From the human T2T-CHM13v2.0 reference genome, Homo sapiens, in the NCBI RefSeq assembly GCF_009914755.1, contig NC_060946.1: a stretch of DNA of 64,000 nt. One strand, given 5' to 3'. A model generated the notes under the pieces. The model saw only the letters and a list, made by a program, of their open reading frames with translations, ran no database searches and was not told the DNA's origin. This document shows positions 56,831-64,000 of the stretch, one piece after another (position 1 is the stretch's first letter; each line of letters begins with the position of its first letter). Position numbers and translations under genes: made by a program.

Positions 56831-57258
56831 GTGGGATGATCCCGACCTCCTTGCCATCCTGCCTCTCCCCAGATGCCATGTCCTTTCTGTTTTCCCTTCC
56901 TTCACCCCCAGTCTGCTAGGAGCCACCTGTTCCTCAGAGACTGTCCCCAGCCTCAAAAGCCTTTCTTCTTTCTAAATATTGGATTTGTGTTCATATGCCT
57001 CACAGCACTGAGGGACAGAATCCAGAATTCAGTAGGCTTCTTTGGAAATAATGTGGAATACATAGAAATGCATAGGCAAACATGTCATTGTGGGTTCATA
57101 GTACCAACCAAACTTTCTTCCTCAGATGGCCTGTGCCCACTTTGAGGATAATCATAAAGTAGCCAGTTGACTGGACCACATTTAATCAGAGTAAAGTTTA
57201 ATTCACTTGTCCTGAGATAATAACTTATCAAGAGATTCTGAGAAAAAAAGAGACACAA

Positions 57259-57570
57259 GGCCAGGTGATGTGGCTCATGCCTGTGATCCCACACCTCAAA
57301 AGGCTGAGGCAGGAGGATTGCTTGAGCCCAGGAGTTCGAGACCAGCTTCAGCAACATAATGAGACCCCCGTCTCTCAAAAAAAAAAAAAAAAATTAGCTG
57401 GGTGTGGTAGCACAAACCTTTAGTCCCAGCTACTTGGGAGGCTGAGTTGGAGGATCACTTGAGCCCAGGAGTTTGAGGCTGCAGTGAGCTATGATCTATC
57501 ATTGTACTCCAGCCTGGGCAACAGCGCAAGACCCCGTCTCTAAAAACAAAACAAGAAAAACTAAAAAAAA
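57259..57570 (+). mobile_element. AluJ
   Basis: AGACACAA TSD. Confidence 0.9.
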
Positions 57571-59059
57571 AAGACACAAATATCTTTTTTTCCATAGATT
57601 TGAAATGCTACATAACAAATTTTGTATTCCTGTATGTACGGGTCTATTTTTGGAGTGTCTCTTCTGTTTTATTGGTCTGTTTGGCTATTTATGCTCTAGA
57701 ACCATGACATTTAGAAAATTAAGACCTGATAATATGTTACAATAGCTCCTATTATAACATGATTTCTTTACCTACTTAGGCCGTATACATTTCATAGGAT
57801 TCTCTTTTTCTTTCCTTCTAGTTCTTTTTATTTCTACCTGCAGATTCTGCCCAATGAAGTGTATTTAAAATTGTTTTTCACTTAAAAAAGACTTTTTTGA
57901 CTGGATGCAGTGGGTCACGCCTGTAATCTCAGCTCTTTGGGAGGCCAAGAGGATTGCTGGAGTCCAGGAGTCGAGCCCAGCTGGACAACAAAGCAAGACT
58001 CCATCTTTGCAACAACAACAAAAAAGACTTTGTTATGGAACATTACAAATAGATACCAAAGTGTGTAGTGAAGGAAGAGTTAGACAGTGAATCCTTGGCT
58101 GTAACAGTTACCAAAACTCATGGCAGGTCTTGCTTTTCCTATAACCCACCCTCTTGTTTCACCCAACCCTGTACTGGATTTTTTTGAAGCAAATCCCAGA
58201 CATCATACTATTTCATTTATAAACACTTCATTATGTATCCCTAAAGAATAAGCACTCAAAAGATAATCATCTCCATCTTGCAATTCCTTAATAGCATCAA
58301 ATATCTGGTCAACGTTCAGACTTCCTGACTGTTGTGTAATCTATGTGGTTTGTTTGACTCTAGATCCAAACAACGCCTACACTTGCATTTGGTTAAGTTT
58401 CTTTCTTTTCTTGAGTTCCTTTTAGATTTCCGCTCCTTTTCTTTTCCTTGCAGTTGATTTGGTTGAATATTTTTTTCATATGCCAGCACTGGCTGGTTGA
58501 TATCTTTTAACATGTTCCTGTAACCCTTTTATTTCTTGTAAACTAATATTTAGATACAGATATTGCCCTGCATTTTGTAAAGTTCTGCACAAAGTCTGCA
58601 AATGGAAATAGGGATAATTTCAGCCTCCACTGTGGGTGACTCAGCTTTGCGTCTGCCGCCCTTGCCCTCTGTCTCCCCTCCCCCTACAAAAGACTTTTTT
58701 GGCTGGGTACGGTGGCTCAGGTTAGGGTCATTCCTGGGCTTGTGGAGAAACAGAACTGTGTTCTGATGATCCCCACCCCTCCCAGGGGAAAGTTCTAATC
58801 TTGCCTTGGCTTTGGGGGCCTCTCTCATGACCTGCCTTCCATCTCTTGCGTGCTCTGCCCTGCCAAGCTGCTGAGCCTTCGCAGTTCAGGATCCACACTC
58901 GGGAAAGCCCCTCCTGGAGGGTGCCCACTGGCTGTGGGTCGGGACTGTTTTCTAATATTCTAAAGTCCCAGAGTCGGGCCTAGTGTGGGCAGGTATAAAT
59001 GTATGAGGCAGTCGTGTTTGTGGTGGTGGGTGAACTGTCTCGTGCCTGTCTCTTTCCAG

Positions 59060-59191
59060 TCTGGAGGGCAGTATGAGCTTTTTGCTGTGATTGCGCACGT
59101 GGGAATGGCAGACTCCGGTCATTACTGTGTCTACATCCGGAATGCTGTGGATGGAAAATGGTTCTGCTTCAATGACTCCAATATTTGCTTG
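59060..59191 (+). CDS. USP18: USP18 exon 9, His box (His318 59120-59122, Asn335 59171-59173)
   Basis: YELFAVIAHVG..SGHY..WFCFND, 132 nt. Confidence 0.98.
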
Positions 59192-59702
59192 GTAAGAAAC
59201 ATCATCCACAATTGCCTCCTGCCCTGGATTGGCCACCTCTAGCAAATGCTGGGCTCAGGGCTGCGTGGGTCTCTGAGATCAAGACACACTGTGATCCTGC
59301 TGTCTGGGTGTGGGGCCTTTGATGAGGGTTCAAGCCTTTTTCGGTCTGAAGTCCCCATGTGGTTTGCACCTCTGTAAGGGTTCAATTCACTTCACTTCTA
59401 AGTTTTTGGTGCTCTAGGCTCATGCTCTGCAGCTTCCTGCTTTGTGGGAAATGTCTAGAGAGCAACGAGTGTTAGAAATATGTAAGTTAGGCCTCTGGGA
59501 TAAGCATGACCAAGTTTAAACACAGGGACAAGGGCACTAAACATACTTCATTGCACAAGACATCCTGCTGCTGTTGCTCCAGGCTCTTGGGAGTTGCTAG
59601 GGGTGGGCTTGTCTGGAGGATGAGGGGCACATTATAGCATCCTGTCCTCTGTGGGTGCTTGTGTCAGCTGGCTGCTTGACCCCATTTGTTTCTGGCTTCC
59701 AG

Positions 59703-59752
59703 GTGTCCTGGGAAGACATCCAGTGTACCTACGGAAATCCTAACTACCACTG
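59703..59752 (+). CDS. USP18: USP18 exon 10 (VSWEDIQCTYGNPNYH)
   Basis: ag/gtaaga, 50 nt. Confidence 0.96.
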
Positions 59753-60123
59753 GTAAGAAACAGATTTGGGTAATTGGAGTCTGATGAGCTCACATAGGGT
59801 CCTTGGAGCTGCATGAAACGCCCATGGATTCCCCTGTTACTAACATGCTGATGGCTCACTGTCCGCCTCATCTCCAGCACTCACCCCACCACCCCATGTT
59901 TGCCTCACACGTCACACTCCAGGAATATTAAAGTACAGGTAGCTGCCAATCAGCCGTGCCCTCCATCTCCCGTCTGCTGTGCACATGCACTTCCTGGCCG
60001 TATTGTCCTCTCCTCGTTTACCATCTAGGCCAACTCCCCACTCATGTTTTCATACTCATGGCCTTTTCCTATCCTGTGAAGCCTTTGCTGATTCACCCAG
60101 ATTCGTAGGGGCTTCTTGTATGG

Positions 60124-61110
<987 letters not shown>

Positions 61111-61421
61111 ATAAATATTTTTATAATCATTAACTACCGAGGAGAAGCTGGAGAGAAAAAAGGTGGATGAAGTTAAGGCAGAGAGACTTTGTAAGTTTCT
61201 TAGCTGAGCTTTTGGAGACTGTATATCAGAGATCCTATTTGAGGTGATTTTCAGCTACAGAGATAGGCCTGGTCATTTGAAAAATAATGGATTAGGTGAA
61301 GCTTGCGTTTGAAATCCTCCTTCTACTTTTCATCTTTCTCTCTTGTTTATTCTGAACATCCATCTTAGACACCCAATCTTTGTCACTTTGTGGTTGTCAT
61401 TGATTTCCCTGTTATTGAGAT

Positions 61422-61598
61422 CAGAGGTTGGCAGACTTTCTCTGTAAAGGGCTGGAGAGAAAGTACTTCAGACTTTGTGGTCTGTGCGGTGTCTGTTGCA
61501 ACCACTTAACTCTGCCCTGTAGAGCAAAAGCAGCCGTAGACAGTACATGGGCAGATGAGCATGGCTGGGGTCCAGTTACATTTACTTGCAAAAAGAGG
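61422..61598. mobile_element. MER58A-type hAT element (partial)
   Basis: cagaggttggcagacttt ctgtaaagggc hallmarks. Confidence 0.75.
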
Positions 61599-61604
61599 GT
61601 TGGA

Positions 61605-62208
<604 letters not shown>

Positions 62209-62681
62209 CCAGCAAAAACCAAACAAAACATAATGCATGTTCTCTCTTATAAATGGGAGCTAAACATGGGGACTCATTGACTTAAAGATGGCAACAACTG
62301 GGAACTGCTGGATGGGGAGGGAGGGGAGGGGTGAAAGGCCAACTGTTGGGGAGTATGCTCATATCCACGTGACAAACCTGCACATGTGCCCGCTGAATCT
62401 AAAATAAAAGTTGAAAGTAGATTTAAAAAACCCCAAGAGGGCTGGGTTTGGCTTGTGTGTCCATAGCTTGTTAACCTCCGCTTTAGATATTAACTAATAG
62501 AAACATAGTGCTTATCTTCCCAGGCCACCTATTTTGTTCCTCTCCAAGGTGATGGATAGATGAAGGCCTAATCCAGCCGCCTGGAAGTTTGCTGACGCTT
62601 GTCCTGTCACGGATTAATGAAGCATTGTTTTCTGATGAAGGTTTCATGCCGCTGTGCTGATGTGTCTTCTCTTCTCTCTAG

Positions 62682-62727
62682 GCAGGAAACTGCATATCTT
62701 CTGGTTTACATGAAGATGGAGTGCTAA
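62682..62727 (+). CDS. USP18: USP18 exon 11 coding part (QETAYLLVYMKMEC*)
   Basis: AY.L.Y motif; total CDS 1119 nt = 372 aa + stop. Confidence 0.97.
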
Positions 62728-63285
62728 TGGAAATGCCCAAAACCTTCAGAGATTGACACGCTGTCATTTTCCATTTCCGTTCCTGGATCTACGGAGTCTT
62801 CTAAGAGATTTTGCAATGAGGAGAAGCATTGTTTTCAAACTATATAACTGAGCCTTATTTATAATTAGGGATATTATCAAAATATGTAACCATGAGGCCC
62901 CTCAGGTCCTGATCAGTCAGAATGGATGCTTTCACCAGCAGACCCGGCCATGTGGCTGCTCGGTCCTGGGTGCTCGCTGCTGTGCAAGACATTAGCCCTT
63001 TAGTTATGAGCCTGTGGGAACTTCAGGGGTTCCCAGTGGGGAGAGCAGTGGCAGTGGGAGGCATCTGGGGGCCAAAGGTCAGTGGCAGGGGGTATTTCAG
63101 TATTATACAACTGCTGTGACCAGACTTGTATACTGGCTGAATATCAGTGCTGTTTGTAATTTTTCACTTTGAGAACCAACATTAATTCCATATGAATCAA
63201 GTGTTTTGTAACTGCTATTCATTTATTCAGCAAATATTTATTGATCATCTCTTCTCCATAAGATAGTGTGATAAACACAGTCATG

Positions 63286-63291
63286 AATAAA
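63286..63291 (+). terminator. USP18: USP18 poly(A) signal (3'UTR 62728-~63305)
   Basis: AATAAA after an AU-rich UTR. Confidence 0.85.
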
Positions 63292-64000
63292 GTTATTTTC
63301 CACAAAAGGACTTTGCAGTTTTAACGGGGGGCAGTAGGGATTGTGCTATAGAAATTCAAAGGCAAGGGAAGTCACTTCTGTTGTGGGGCCCTGGGAGGAG
63401 CCTCCAGGCTGGAAAGGGTTAAGGTGGAGGTCTCCGATAGGGGCAGCGTACACAGTGGACTGGCTGCAAAAGGCCGTGCTCAGCATTCAGACAGCATCAC
63501 ACACTCCGCTTTTCTCTACCAGGGAGGCAGGTGGGGAAGGATAGCGATGGGAAGGCAGGCGGAGCTCAGAATGTGGAAGGGGATCCAGTAAGACTTGGAA
63601 GTTTGCACCTGATCTGGTGGGTGGTGAGGGGCCCTTGAAGGGGCAAGGAGGCGAGGAGCACTCAGCTGTGTTCTTACACTGATCTGCCACTGGGGTTAGA
63701 GACAAACGTGGTGGGAATGGAAAGCCACGCACAGTCACTAGCGCCTCTAGGGGGAGAATGGATGTGGCTGGTGAGAGAACAGGGGGGCCCAGGGAGAGTC
63801 CGGCACCAACCTGGGTGGGGGAGCCCAGTGGGTGTGAGCACCCCCACTTTAGAGATGAAGTGATGGAGACATTCAGATGTTTAACCCCTTGTTCAAGATT
63901 CCATACTTGATAAATGGCAGATCAAACTCCCAACATAAAATGTGGGTCATTTCTTTATTATTTTATTTGTATTGGTTAACAATGATCAGCCATGCAAGAA

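Overview
Human genomic DNA from 22q11.21, just proximal to LCR22A. The + strand carries TUBA8 (coding exons 2-5; the ATG-only exon 1 lies upstream of the window; 449 aa ending EEENEGEEF) and the complete USP18 gene (11 exons, 372 aa, catalytic Cys64/His318/Asn335, promoter with two inverted ISREs). About 50 Alus, five + strand ERV1-class solo LTRs (LTR2, two LTR12, two of uncertain subfamily), MaLR LTRs, L1/L2/MIR and DNA-transposon relics fill the introns and the intergenic gap. The main discovery-level observation is in the TUBA8-USP18 gap (~18.6-35.5 kb). Almost every non-repeat island there reads on the - strand as a decayed exon, usually with recognisable splice sites, in the order: signal peptide, canonical CUB domain, CDCP1-like exon 2, 3, 6 and 7 homologs, an extra CUB-like exon, stalk, transmembrane segment. 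This looks like a unitary pseudogene of a CDCP1-like type-I membrane protein, lying head-to-head with USP18 across its palindromic ISRE pair. These alignments were made by eye against CDCP1 recalled from memory and need tBLASTn/synteny confirmation. Secondary candidates: an intronic sense LTR12C whose poly(A) signal is replaced by splice signals ~1.1 kb upstream of USP18 exon 2, a junction-spanning uORF plus a GC-AG first intron in USP18, and a 22-bp repeat carrying CAG|GTAAGA in USP18 intron 6.
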